From: a virus
Taxonomy: Duplodnaviria > Caudoviricetes
Virus record (IMG/VR): IMGVR_UViG_3300033066_001787
Coordinates: 3,650 to 67,649 of that record
Direction: 5' to 3' (one strand)
DNA: 64,000 nt
A program made the translations under genes and the position numbers. The notes under the pieces were generated by a model. That model was not told the DNA's origin. It ran no database searches and saw only the letters and a list, made by a program, of their open reading frames with translations. This document shows positions 46,443 to 56,065 of this stretch, piece after piece; within the stretch, counting starts at the first letter, position 1, and each line of letters begins with the position of its first letter.

Positions 46443-46500
46443 CCTTTGATCCCTCATGACGAGGGAATACATCAAGGGCCATGGATGGCTCTTTTCTTTT
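46443..46500 (+). terminator. tandem hairpins with T-tract after the tail tube gene
   Basis: CCTTTGAT-CCCTC/GAGGG-ATCAAGG, then GCCAT/ATGGC-TCTTTTCTTTT. Confidence 0.5.
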
Positions 46501-46525
46501 TGAATCGACGAATGGAGCAAATACA

Positions 46526-46933
46526 ATGGCTAAAGAATTTGACGACGTTCTTGACTTCAGCGACATGACCGAACAGTACAAGATCGTCAAGATGCCGAGC
46601 GGCAAGAAGTACATGTTGAAGGAAGCCAGTGGAGCGGCGACCGCAGCATGGAGAAATGCCCAGCTGTCAGGCGTCACGATGAGCAGCGAAGGCAAGCCAG
46701 TCTCCCTCGGAGCGGTGGGAAACCTACAGCTTGTACTGCTCTGCAAATGCATCTATGATGAGAAGGGAGACAACCTCATCCCCGCAGAGGAGATCTCCAA
46801 GATTCCAGATCGATTCCTCATGCCGATGTATGACTGGGTGACTCGGGTGTCAGAGCTAGTGTCGACGGCCAAGACTCCTGAGGAAGTATCCAAGGAAGCA
46901 AAAGCTCAGCAGGAGACAGCAAAAAACGATTGA
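46526..46933 (+). CDS. tail assembly chaperone (G-like)
   Basis: Between tail tube and tape measure genes. Confidence 0.75.
   Translation: MAKEFDDVLDFSDMTEQYKIVKMPSGKKYMLKEASGAATAAWRNAQLSGVTMSSEGKPVSLGAVGNLQLVLLCKCIYDEKGDNLIPAEEISKIPDRFLMPMYDWVTRVSELVSTAKTPEEVSKEAKAQQETAKND
46921..46927 (+). other. -1 programmed frameshift slippery site A AAA AAC
   Basis: GCA AAA AAC GAT TGA; the -1 frame (AAA AAA CGA TTG AAG) is open into 46930-47400. Confidence 0.8.
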
Positions 46934-47400
46934 AGCAGTATGAGGGTTGGATCGGTTTGGCCGAGCACCTTCATACTACGCTGAACGAGGTGATGGAAAA
47001 GACAACTCACAGACAGTACTTGATGTGGATGGAGAGACTGAAGCAGAACTGGGAGAGACCTTCAAGGACGGATTACTACCTCATGCAGATCGCAATGCAC
47101 GTTTGTAGACTCTTCCGAAAAGACCCAGACTCCATCACCCTCAAGATGTTCCGGTTGACTTGGAAAAAACCTAAGGTCAAACAGTTGACGATAGCAGAGA
47201 TGGCAGCCAGGGACAAGGCTATTCTGTTCCCCATGTTAGGAGTGAGACAAGATGTTAGACCAGATGATGTTCCAGCTCCTGGGGGACGGCAGCAGCTATC
47301 TCAACATGATGAAGCAGGCAGAGACGACAACCAACCAAGTCACGAACCAGATCGCAGCTCAGGTTCAGCAAGTGACGAAGTTCGGCAACAGCATCACTAA
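46930..47400 (+). CDS. tail assembly chaperone frameshift extension (T-like)
   Basis: In -1 frame after slippery site; lacks own ATG/RBS. Confidence 0.7.
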   Translation: MKQYEGWIGLAEHLHTTLNEVMEKTTHRQYLMWMERLKQNWERPSRTDYYLMQIAMHVCRLFRKDPDSITLKMFRLTWKKPKVKQLTIAEMAARDKAILFPMLGVRQDVRPDDVPAPGGRQQLSQHDEAGRDDNQPSHEPDRSSGSASDEVRQQHH

Positions 47401-50113
47401 TCATGCCCAGATGACGATCAGTTCGCTGAAAATGCAGCTGACCTCTCTGCTGGGTATCGCCTCTGCCGCTGGTGCGATCGGACTAGGGGTCAAGCTTGCC
47501 AGGGATGCAGAACAAGCTCAGATCCAGTTCGGTGTCATGCTTCACGATGCTGATAAGGCTGCCAAGATGATGGCTCAGATCGAGAGATTTGCGGCCGATA
47601 CTCCTTTGCAGACAGCAGGCATCCAACAAGCAGCCAAGACCCTCCTTCAGTTCGGTGTTGCGGGTGACAACGTGATGCCGATGTTGAAGGCTCTTGGTAA
47701 TGCGACTGGAGGAGACAACGAGAGATTCCAGCACATGTCTCTCGCCTTTGGTCAGATGTCAGCAGCTGGCCGTCTCATGGGGCAAGACCTCATGCAGATG
47801 GTCAACGCTGGCTTCAATCCTCTACAGCAGATCGCCAAGACGACTGGCAAGAGCATGGCGGCTCTCAAGCAAGAGATGGAGCATGGCCGGATCACTACGC
47901 AGATGGTGATGAAGGCATTCCAGGATGCGTCAGCTGCTGGCGGTCAGTTCGATGGACTCTTGGAGAAGCAATCCAAATCTCTCGGCGGTCTCTGGTCCAC
48001 GCTCACTGACAACGTACAGATCCAGCTCAAGAGGCTCTCGCAGCATGTCATCGACGCGATTGATCTCAAGGGTCTTCTCCTCAGGGTAAGCAACTTCGTG
48101 CAGGACTCTCAGAAGCCATTGGAGAAGTGGACTGACTACTTCATCAAGCAGGCCAAAGGGATCTACGAGTACGTTGCTCCTACTTTGGAGAGCTTGTGGA
48201 AAGGATTCACTACAGGTATTCAGATCGCAACAAACATCTGGAACGGTCTCAGTGACGAGATGAAGACGACGATCGTGATTGTGTCAAGTATTGCTGTTGG
48301 GCTTGGGCCGGTGATTGGACTGGTAGGAAGTCTTGCGGCGATGGTACCTGTCATGACGACTGCCTGGATTGCTGCCGGAGTTGCTGCGGTATCCTTTATG
48401 GAGTCAGCTCAACACGGAGCAAAAGGGCTGGTGGGATGGTTGAAACCTGTCTATGAGGGGATCAAGAAATACGTCGTTGAAGCGATCTGGTTTGCTGCGT
48501 ACACTATCACGGACTTCTCCACGGTCTGGGCTGCTGCTACGGCAGGTGCTTCCTACAATATCGTCAAGCTTGGAAATCAAGTTGTCTACGTGTTCAAGAC
48601 AGTTATTCCTGAGGTCATCGGATGGTTTCTCAAAGACTGGAAAAAGACCTTTGAGTACATGTCCACCTTAGTAGGAATGGAAGTTGACATCATAGTTGGT
48701 GACGTTGTTTGGATGATCAAAGAGATTGCCCGAGTTGCCAGAGAGGGTGGAGACATCAAACTGTTCGATGAACGCAAGAAAGAGGTTGAAGAATACCGCA
48801 AACAGGTTCTCGACGTGTTCGGAGACAGCTTCAAGATCCCAGATCGAGTCATCGGAGAGACAGAGCTACAGCTCAAGAAAGCAGCAGAGAACGCAGGCAA
48901 AGTCGTCAAGGACGGATTTGAGAACTACAAGAAAGAGAAGCAAGGACTGAGCAAGTTTGATCTTCCTGGGTTTGACAACTCCAAGATCGAGAAGTCCTCT
49001 CTGGATCTCGGCAAGACGATCGGTGCTAACCTCGCTGCTGGTGCTCAACACGGAGCTGACCAGATGAAGGGAGCATTGGTTGGTAGTGCCGGATATTATG
49101 ATCAGCTCTATGCTTACTTGCGAGGGAAGCAGACTCAGTTGGCGAGTATTCCCGAGATGCCGGCCACCAAGAGCAAGAAGAAGGCTGGCAAGAAGAAAGG
49201 TCCAACAGCGGACGATTACCAGGACATGGCCTATGAGGGAGAAGGCCCCCAGCCAAACAATCCATTCGGTCTCAACCTTCCTCCCAAGAGAGAGGACAAC
49301 CTTGCTCGAAACAAGAGACTACGACAAGAAGCTCTCGCCAAGGCTGATCAGAAAGAGGCCAAGACAAAACTGGACCAATCAGAGCAGACAGACGCATTCG
49401 CCAAGATAGGGAAAGATGCCAAAGAGCAGAACGAGACGACTCTGGCCGGTGGTCCAATGATGAGAGGGGTCAAAACCTTCCTCGTCGACATGGACAACGG
49501 TCTGAAATCGGCTAGCAAACTGTTCCAGAACACATTCCCCAAGATGGTGGAAGAAGAATGGATGGTTGGAAAAGACAACACGGAGTATGATGACGGAGAA
49601 GTGTCTGGAGGAGACTTCCACTTGCCTCCTGAGAACATTCCAACACACCATATCGATGGCAGCGTGACCTCGGGGTTTGACTTTGACCCGACATCTGATT
49701 CTTCCTCAGGAGAGACTTCTGGTGGTGATTTTGGAGAGCCTAAGAATGAATTTGGTCATCCCGAGAATACCAGATATAGCCGATACGCAGGATTTGAAGA
49801 TCATCTACCAGCAGAAGAGTCTACTCCTGTCCAATCGACTTACGGGGCAGACGGCAGCAGTACTTCTGGATTTGACTTTGAGATGCCTGAAGAACCTAAG
49901 TCTGTTGAAGAGCCTAGAGAAAGACGCAAGAAAGATAGCTCAGAAGACCGATCTCCGATTCCAGTTACTTTGACCAGTCCTGCTTCGACGAACGTCAAGC
50001 CGGCAGACAACAACACACAGCAGAAGATCGTTGAGTTCTTGAAGACGATCGCAGAGAACACCAAATCAGACAACAATAAATCAGGTGTCACCTTAGAAGG
50101 AGCAAACCTGTGA
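47252..50113 (+). CDS. tape measure protein
   Basis: FAADTP...I.QAAK.LL.FG, FGQMSAAGRLMGQDL.Q tape-measure domain; AGGAG RBS. Confidence 0.92.
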   Translation: MLDQMMFQLLGDGSSYLNMMKQAETTTNQVTNQIAAQVQQVTKFGNSITNHAQMTISSLKMQLTSLLGIASAAGAIGLGVKLARDAEQAQIQFGVMLHDADKAAKMMAQIERFAADTPLQTAGIQQAAKTLLQFGVAGDNVMPMLKALGNATGGDNERFQHMSLAFGQMSAAGRLMGQDLMQMVNAGFNPLQQIAKTTGKSMAALKQEMEHGRITTQMVMKAFQDASAAGGQFDGLLEKQSKSLGGLWSTLTDNVQIQLKRLSQHVIDAIDLKGLLLRVSNFVQDSQKPLEKWTDYFIKQAKGIYEYVAPTLESLWKGFTTGIQIATNIWNGLSDEMKTTIVIVSSIAVGLGPVIGLVGSLAAMVPVMTTAWIAAGVAAVSFMESAQHGAKGLVGWLKPVYEGIKKYVVEAIWFAAYTITDFSTVWAAATAGASYNIVKLGNQVVYVFKTVIPEVIGWFLKDWKKTFEYMSTLVGMEVDIIVGDVVWMIKEIARVAREGGDIKLFDERKKEVEEYRKQVLDVFGDSFKIPDRVIGETELQLKKAAENAGKVVKDGFENYKKEKQGLSKFDLPGFDNSKIEKSSLDLGKTIGANLAAGAQHGADQMKGALVGSAGYYDQLYAYLRGKQTQLASIPEMPATKSKKKAGKKKGPTADDYQDMAYEGEGPQPNNPFGLNLPPKREDNLARNKRLRQEALAKADQKEAKTKLDQSEQTDAFAKIGKDAKEQNETTLAGGPMMRGVKTFLVDMDNGLKSASKLFQNTFPKMVEEEWMVGKDNTEYDDGEVSGGDFHLPPENIPTHHIDGSVTSGFDFDPTSDSSSGETSGGDFGEPKNEFGHPENTRYSRYAGFEDHLPAEESTPVQSTYGADGSSTSGFDFEMPEEPKSVEEPRERRKKDSSEDRSPIPVTLTSPASTNVKPADNNTQQKIVEFLKTIAENTKSDNNKSGVTLEGANL

Positions 50114-51078
50114 CTGCTACATTAGTTGGACCTAGGAGTTGGTCGGGAAGTCGAGACGATCAGACTTTCACTGAGTACGAACTCGTCTGGTTGGTAAGAA
50201 CGACAGACACTCTCGATGGTCCAAACGTCGTGATGAACTGTCCAGGACTTCCTACAGTTGGATCAACATGGAACATCGGTAATGACTCGGATCAATGGGC
50301 ATACTGCTACCCAACTCTCAAGGTCACTATGCACGGTGTCCAGGAGGGTATGCCAGGATACCTCTGGACGGTGGCTCAGAAGTTCTCCACCAAACCTCTC
50401 ATCCGATGCAACGACACTCCTGTACAAGATCCAATGCAAGAGCCGATGAAGATCAGTGGCAGCTTTGTCAAGTACACGCAGGAGTATCGCTACGATCGGT
50501 TTGGCAACTTCCTCACCAACTCTGCGTTGGAGCTGTTGAGAGGCCCAGACACCGAATTCGACGCAAACCGGCCAACAGTTCGTATCGAGCAGAACGTATT
50601 GAGCCTTGACCTGCCTACATTCTCTGCGATGGTCGATTGTGTCAATGCCTACCCTCTCTGGGGACTACCTGCCCGGTGTATCAAGCTCAGTGAGCCGACA
50701 TGGGAGCGAAAGACAGTTGGAACCTGTAGCTACTACTACACCCGCACTCTCAACTTCGACATCAACTTCAACACGTTCGATCGCTATGTCGGTGACTTCG
50801 GAACAATGGTGCTCAAGGGACAGTGGAACACGACCACCGGTGCCTACGTCGTCTCACGAGGAGCCGATAGAACCAATCCGCAGCACTTCATGAGGTATGT
50901 CGACATCGCTGGCAATCCTGCTACGGTGGTTCTGAACGGTTATGGACTCCCTGCAGGAACTACCTTGAACCTCGGAACAGGGACCAGCGGTGGTAGTACT
51001 GGACCAATGGGACAGATCAAGATCGAGCGATACAGCGAAGCAGATTTCACTTTACTCAACATCCCAACTTCTCTCTGA
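50110..51078 (+). CDS. tail protein (distal tail/hub region)
   Basis: First gene after tape measure; beta-rich. Confidence 0.65.
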   Translation: MTATLVGPRSWSGSRDDQTFTEYELVWLVRTTDTLDGPNVVMNCPGLPTVGSTWNIGNDSDQWAYCYPTLKVTMHGVQEGMPGYLWTVAQKFSTKPLIRCNDTPVQDPMQEPMKISGSFVKYTQEYRYDRFGNFLTNSALELLRGPDTEFDANRPTVRIEQNVLSLDLPTFSAMVDCVNAYPLWGLPARCIKLSEPTWERKTVGTCSYYYTRTLNFDINFNTFDRYVGDFGTMVLKGQWNTTTGAYVVSRGADRTNPQHFMRYVDIAGNPATVVLNGYGLPAGTTLNLGTGTSGGSTGPMGQIKIERYSEADFTLLNIPTSL

Positions 51079-51087
51079 GGAGAAAAC

Positions 51088-51468
51088 ATGGCAGGCACGA
51101 TTCAAGTACGGTGCGGATTCAACCTCATCAATGGCAATGTAGCCTTCAAAGCCCCAATTGAGGGGTTCAACGCAACTCAGTCCACGGCCAAAGGTCCAAT
51201 CATTGGCGTCGTGGCGATTCCTACCACAGCAGGGGGAACAGCAATCAGCTTGACAGCTCTCGCTACTCCTGGGTGGGCTTGGGCGATGAATCAAGATGCG
51301 ACAAACTATGTCTCCATCGGTCTCATCGTCTCTGCGGCTTTCTACCCAATGATAGAGTTGCTGCCAGGACAAGCAGTTCCTATTCCTCTAAGCAGAACCC
51401 TGAACAATCTCGCAGCATTGGCGAACACGGCCACGGTGAACCTCGCGTTCTATGCGTTTGATAAATGA
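51088..51468 (+). CDS. putative tail protein
   Basis: GAGGAG RBS; synteny. Confidence 0.6.
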   Translation: MAGTIQVRCGFNLINGNVAFKAPIEGFNATQSTAKGPIIGVVAIPTTAGGTAISLTALATPGWAWAMNQDATNYVSIGLIVSAAFYPMIELLPGQAVPIPLSRTLNNLAALANTATVNLAFYAFDK

Positions 51469-52022
51469 CCAACCCCACCTCACTTGAAAGGAGCAATCAA
51501 GTGGACCAGCTACCAAATCCCGAGAATCTTCACTTCACCGAACAGGGAGTGATGCCTGCCGTATTCAACGAGTCAAAACCGTTGGTGAAGCTGACGATCG
51601 TTGAGACTGTCTACTTCCAGGCACCCAACGAAGATCCTCAGCAGTTCTCCAACAATGTGTTGAGAGTCCTCACTGACGTTGAAGAGGGAGAAGACCCCGA
51701 GCAACCTTATGTCCGCAACCTCACTGCTGACAAGGAATGGACGCCTCTCGACTTCGGGTGGCTGACTGACAACGTGAGCCTTTTTATTGTCCGCAATAAC
51801 GAGGGAAAGTTCAGTCAGGTCATCCCCACGGAAGAGATGAGAGCCACCTCCAACAGCAAGCACATTGAGCTGGGCGTCTACTTTGACGAGACCATCGAGG
51901 AGACCGGGCTGGTTGTCCTTCCCTCAGAGACACTCCGAGCGACTCCAAAACCTTCTGCCAAGTTCTTTGTTCGTTGTCTCAACGGCAAGGCCAAGTTCAC
52001 TCTCCAAGCATTTCCAAGGTGA
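51465..52022 (+). CDS. putative tail protein
   Basis: Synteny; long ORF. Confidence 0.55.
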   Translation: MTNPTSLERSNQVDQLPNPENLHFTEQGVMPAVFNESKPLVKLTIVETVYFQAPNEDPQQFSNNVLRVLTDVEEGEDPEQPYVRNLTADKEWTPLDFGWLTDNVSLFIVRNNEGKFSQVIPTEEMRATSNSKHIELGVYFDETIEETGLVVLPSETLRATPKPSAKFFVRCLNGKAKFTLQAFPR

Positions 52023-52025
52023 ATC

Positions 52026-52778
52026 ATGACAGAGAAGATGTTTTATCTGACAGAAAAAGACCGCAACACGATCAAGCAGTTCTTGGATATCCAGAAGAGA
52101 CAGAACTCGTTCACCAGGAGCGTCGCACCAGACAATCATCTACAAGGCACGACAGAGGTCTACATCGCAAAGGCCAATGGCTCGATTCCTGCAGTGACTG
52201 AGACAGCGACTGGAACAGGGACAGACTACTCCCCGCACTCTCTGCTGTGTAATATCTACTTGATCGAGATGGACACTGGGTTGTTGAAACCTGTCTCCGA
52301 TATTGCCTACCCAGTCTACAACCTGGGAGGATCGACGGTATCGGCCGGTTGGGTGTTGATCCATCGAGAGAAGTACGGCAAATGGGTCTGCGGTCTCGGA
52401 GGCTCTAGTACTTCCTCAGGAGGTGGCGGTGCGACTTACTTTGGGCAGTGTAACTGTTATAACTGCATCACTCCAGCTCAGGCGACAGTGACGGTTGCGA
52501 TGTGCTCTAACTGTCCTGACGGTGCTCCATTCACCTGGTTGTTCAATCCTGGAACTTACGTGTATGGATACTCCGAGCTTGGAGGAGACCACTACTTGAT
52601 CTGGGACAGCGGATGTGTCTGGAAAGGAGACCTGGTGTCTATCTCAACCGGCACAGGAACAGGCACTGGAACGAGCGATGACGCTGTGTATCAGTGGGTG
52701 TTCACGATCGGAGCGACTCCAGAGACAACGTCAGTCGTGTTGACTTACATCAGTGGTCCCAACATTCTTGACCTGTAG
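52026..52778 (+). CDS. putative tail-tip protein, Cys- and GT-rich
   Basis: TGTGTGTGT, GGSSTSSGGGG, CNCYNC. Confidence 0.6.
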   Translation: MTEKMFYLTEKDRNTIKQFLDIQKRQNSFTRSVAPDNHLQGTTEVYIAKANGSIPAVTETATGTGTDYSPHSLLCNIYLIEMDTGLLKPVSDIAYPVYNLGGSTVSAGWVLIHREKYGKWVCGLGGSSTSSGGGGATYFGQCNCYNCITPAQATVTVAMCSNCPDGAPFTWLFNPGTYVYGYSELGGDHYLIWDSGCVWKGDLVSISTGTGTGTGTSDDAVYQWVFTIGATPETTSVVLTYISGPNILDL

Positions 52779-52787
52779 GAGACCATA

Positions 52788-53444
52788 GTGAGCAACTATC
52801 TTGGATTCAAACCAGCGTTCATCGACAACTTTCTCTGTGACATCAATCTCATTCCTGACAAAGCTCACGAAGCTCCTGATAACAGTGCTCTGAAGTGTAA
52901 CGTCTGCCTTCAACCGAGCTGGGGAAGCATCTGTATACAAGAGAGTGCTCCGGCAAGCGTTGATCAGCCAGTATATGTCACTACAGATTTTTTTGAGCAC
53001 AGCTTCAACTACTACTACTCATCAAGCTATGTATTCACCCTCACCGGAGCAGTGACAGGAGGAAACTGGACATTTTCTTATGTCACTCCTGTAACTTACG
53101 ATCCTTGTAGCAATACAGGTATAGGAACTGTTGGCATATTTTTGGTATTTCCATTACATGCAGGAGTACCAACTGGCTGCGTAGGTATTGACATGTGGGA
53201 CAACAGTCGAACCCACTATGCGACAGTTCATTCAGGATCTCCTCCAGCTTGCTCAATCAGCCCAAGACCTCTGAGAGGAAGTTGGGAGTGGGAGACAATA
53301 ACCCACTTTCAAGGCAATGGAATGATTTACGGACACAACTTTTTCTCCTGTTTCGATACTCCAGCTTTCCACTGTGTTCACGAAGGTGGCTCTGGTGGTA
53401 ATGACCCTACTGAAGAAAACTACTTCATCAACGGGAGATGGTGA
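52788..53444 (+). CDS. Cys-rich putative tail/receptor-binding protein
   Basis: AGGAG RBS, GTG start; P.NSALKCNVCLQP. Confidence 0.55.
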   Translation: MSNYLGFKPAFIDNFLCDINLIPDKAHEAPDNSALKCNVCLQPSWGSICIQESAPASVDQPVYVTTDFFEHSFNYYYSSSYVFTLTGAVTGGNWTFSYVTPVTYDPCSNTGIGTVGIFLVFPLHAGVPTGCVGIDMWDNSRTHYATVHSGSPPACSISPRPLRGSWEWETITHFQGNGMIYGHNFFSCFDTPAFHCVHEGGSGGNDPTEENYFINGRW

Positions 53445-54010
53445 TGATATTCAAACCAACGATTCCAACTCTGGATTTTCGATGTCCAGTCTGGATGAGA
53501 GTTGTTGACGCTTATACAGTGTATCCTAACATCTCCAGTAATTTTACAGTTTACAGGTGTTGCGACTGTTTCGCAGATGAACTGCTTCCCAACGCGACCA
53601 GCGAAGCTCCTTGTATAAATTGCTCAACTTGTCTTGCTCCTTTCGTTCCTGAGATTCCTGGCAGCTGCGGAGAGTGGCCCAGGACAATCCATGTAGTGCT
53701 TGACAGTGCTCTCGACGGAGTGACTGAGTTTGATGTAGACTATGATACAGGTTATGGAGGATATCAAAAGATCTTCGGAGAGAATCTATACGGGTTCTTC
53801 ACCTGCCCTTGCGTCGACGATCCGAGCTTACTGTCAGAACCAACTTTGCAATACAATGATGGAGTCTCTGTGCTTTGCGTCTACACCCTCTCTGGATCTC
53901 CTCCAGTGTTTGAAAGCGGAACGATCGTGCCATTGGCCCTAGATGTTGGAGCATCTACAGGCGGTGGAGCCTGCTCGATCACGACATACAGTTTGGAGAT
54001 CACATGGTAA
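53438..54010 (+). CDS. Cys-rich putative tail/receptor-binding protein
   Basis: CCDC, CINCSTCLAP, CPC. Confidence 0.55.
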   Translation: MVMIFKPTIPTLDFRCPVWMRVVDAYTVYPNISSNFTVYRCCDCFADELLPNATSEAPCINCSTCLAPFVPEIPGSCGEWPRTIHVVLDSALDGVTEFDVDYDTGYGGYQKIFGENLYGFFTCPCVDDPSLLSEPTLQYNDGVSVLCVYTLSGSPPVFESGTIVPLALDVGASTGGGACSITTYSLEITW

Positions 54011-54744
54011 AAGAGATTGAATTCGTCGCTGACAACAAGTTCAACTCCAGGTGTAGCTCGATCATCTACACTTCAAAACCTAGCAAGGTTCCAGCAAACT
54101 CTGCTCTACTATGCAATACGTGTCTCAATCCTATCGTCAGGCATGCTACCACTTGCTGCCTTTACACTTGTTTTAATCTTTCATGGATGGGGGGAAACAC
54201 TCCTCTACCAACTTCGTTTACTTACTCAGGACACACGTTTACGCTCGCAATAGATCAAACTTACCCAGACAGTATTCTATTTCCACCAATGTCAAGTCTT
54301 GGAACGCTTGGATCCCCCTCTTACACCTGCAACTCACGAAACGATAGATCTCAAAGCGCAGGATTTAATAAACCTTTCACGCAATGGATACTCACTCACT
54401 ATCCTTACGGGTCTCCAGAACCTTACACAATGTTAGACATAACGAATCTGACAGTTCAATGGATAGCAGCAGGAGGAGTTTTCTCAATTGTTGATAACGT
54501 ACATCTACAATATAAGTCAGTAGACTTCTCTTGCAAGGGAGGAGGATTTTACCAAACCATTGCTGAATACTCTCCTGTTGATGTTGCTGAGCCTGGAACT
54601 CCATTAGACTACAGAAGCATATGGCCAACAAACCTAATTCTAACAGCTCTAGATAGCTGTCCTAGTGGCTGCGACAATGCGCTACACCCTGGAACTGGCT
54701 GCGGCACCTACGTTCAAACTGTGTATCCAAACTATGACCACTAA
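54004..54744 (+). CDS. Cys-rich putative tail/receptor-binding protein
   Basis: P.NSALLCNTCLNP. Confidence 0.55.
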   Translation: MVKEIEFVADNKFNSRCSSIIYTSKPSKVPANSALLCNTCLNPIVRHATTCCLYTCFNLSWMGGNTPLPTSFTYSGHTFTLAIDQTYPDSILFPPMSSLGTLGSPSYTCNSRNDRSQSAGFNKPFTQWILTHYPYGSPEPYTMLDITNLTVQWIAAGGVFSIVDNVHLQYKSVDFSCKGGGFYQTIAEYSPVDVAEPGTPLDYRSIWPTNLILTALDSCPSGCDNALHPGTGCGTYVQTVYPNYDH

Positions 54745-54754
54745 AGGAAGGAAC

Positions 54755-55138
54755 ATGTCTCAGGAACCAATTCAAGTTGTTAATCTCCCAAACAATCCTA
54801 AGTACACAGAACAGATTCATAATTTTCTAAGACAAGCCCCAGGAAACAACCCTCAACTAATTGCCCAATTGAGATTCAAATACGTCATCACTATGAAAGT
54901 CTTGTCCGAAAGCGAGTTTCAAAAAATAGTAGCGTCTGTTCCAAGACCTACCAAAGGACTGGGGGACGTTGTCGCTTACGTTGCCAAGGTGACAGGAATC
55001 AGTGCAATCGTCAAGTACATGTCGAAGAAGACAGGAGTGCCTTGCGGATGTGGAGCGAGACAGGAAGCTCTCAACAGAGCTGTTCCTCTGCCAAAAGTGA
55101 TCACTGGATGGATACCCCCTACGATTGAGGAGCGATAA
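54755..55138 (+). CDS. GLGD...CGC..RQE.LN motif protein
   Basis: Motif in C-terminal half. Confidence 0.6.
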   Translation: MSQEPIQVVNLPNNPKYTEQIHNFLRQAPGNNPQLIAQLRFKYVITMKVLSESEFQKIVASVPRPTKGLGDVVAYVAKVTGISAIVKYMSKKTGVPCGCGARQEALNRAVPLPKVITGWIPPTIEER

Positions 55139-55976
55139 ATTGCGTTGGAGCTATGGAGTAATGACTGTGCCGTCTCGCAGAGAGACTACCCTTCCCTTCA
55201 CCTTGGAGACCTTAGAGAAAGCAGGATTTGACCAACCGCGGCTGTTCATCGATGGAGCGAGAGATGACAGCGAGTACAGGCACTTGGGACTACGGACAAC
55301 GTGCCACTTCCCGACGATCAGGACAGCAGCGAACTGGACGTTGGCTCTCTACGAACTCTACACGAGAGACCCTGCTGCGAATCGATTTGCCGTGTTCCAG
55401 GACGACATCGTCATCTGCAAGAACACCAAGCAGTACCTAGACACGTTCAGCTATGGCACCTACGCGCAGAAGTTCTACTGGAACCTACACACGTTTCCTG
55501 TCAATGAGGAAGAGCAGGACGGTGAGAAAGGGTTTCGACCGAAAGACCACGTTGGGTTCTACCCTTCCAATCAACTAGGCAAGGGAGCACTTGCCCTGGT
55601 ATTTGATCGAGAGGCTGTCTGCGCCTTGTTCAGCACTGACTACCTCACCAGACGATTCCAGGATGAGCGGAGAGGGCATCAGTCGATCGATGGTGGTGTA
55701 GTGACAGCGATGACCAACGTAGGATACAAGGAGCACGTTCACTACCCCAGCCTGGTGCAGCACATCGGGAAGATCTCAACCATGGGCCACGAGAAGAACG
55801 GCGTGACCATCTATCCACCGTCTGCTTCTTTCCCAGGAGAATCCTTTGACGCAATGGAATTAGTATGCTCAGTGAAAAAATTACCAGAGCACTCCAAAGT
55901 GTTGGTGTCACAGATCTACGGGTTGCCCAGTGGCTGGGACGGCCATGTCGATGCCCCGAGCGAAGGGAAAAGCTAG
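55125..55976 (+). CDS. GT-A fold glycosyltransferase (GT2/GT25-like)
   Basis: YGVMTVPSR, VFQDD (DxD-like), PSLVQH.G. Confidence 0.8.
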   Translation: MRSDKLRWSYGVMTVPSRRETTLPFTLETLEKAGFDQPRLFIDGARDDSEYRHLGLRTTCHFPTIRTAANWTLALYELYTRDPAANRFAVFQDDIVICKNTKQYLDTFSYGTYAQKFYWNLHTFPVNEEEQDGEKGFRPKDHVGFYPSNQLGKGALALVFDREAVCALFSTDYLTRRFQDERRGHQSIDGGVVTAMTNVGYKEHVHYPSLVQHIGKISTMGHEKNGVTIYPPSASFPGESFDAMELVCSVKKLPEHSKVLVSQIYGLPSGWDGHVDAPSEGKS

Positions 55977-56065
55977 ATCAATTGGAGGTCTGGGCAAAGC
56001 GTATAATTAAAGGACGCATAGAGGGTGCGTTGAAATATCTCAATGAACTCATGGAGCAAGATTGA
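55865..56065 (+). CDS. small CxC..R.E.L motif protein
   Basis: CRCPERREKL; stop overlaps the next ATG. Confidence 0.5.
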   Translation: MLSEKITRALQSVGVTDLRVAQWLGRPCRCPERREKLDQLEVWAKRIIKGRIEGALKYLNELMEQD

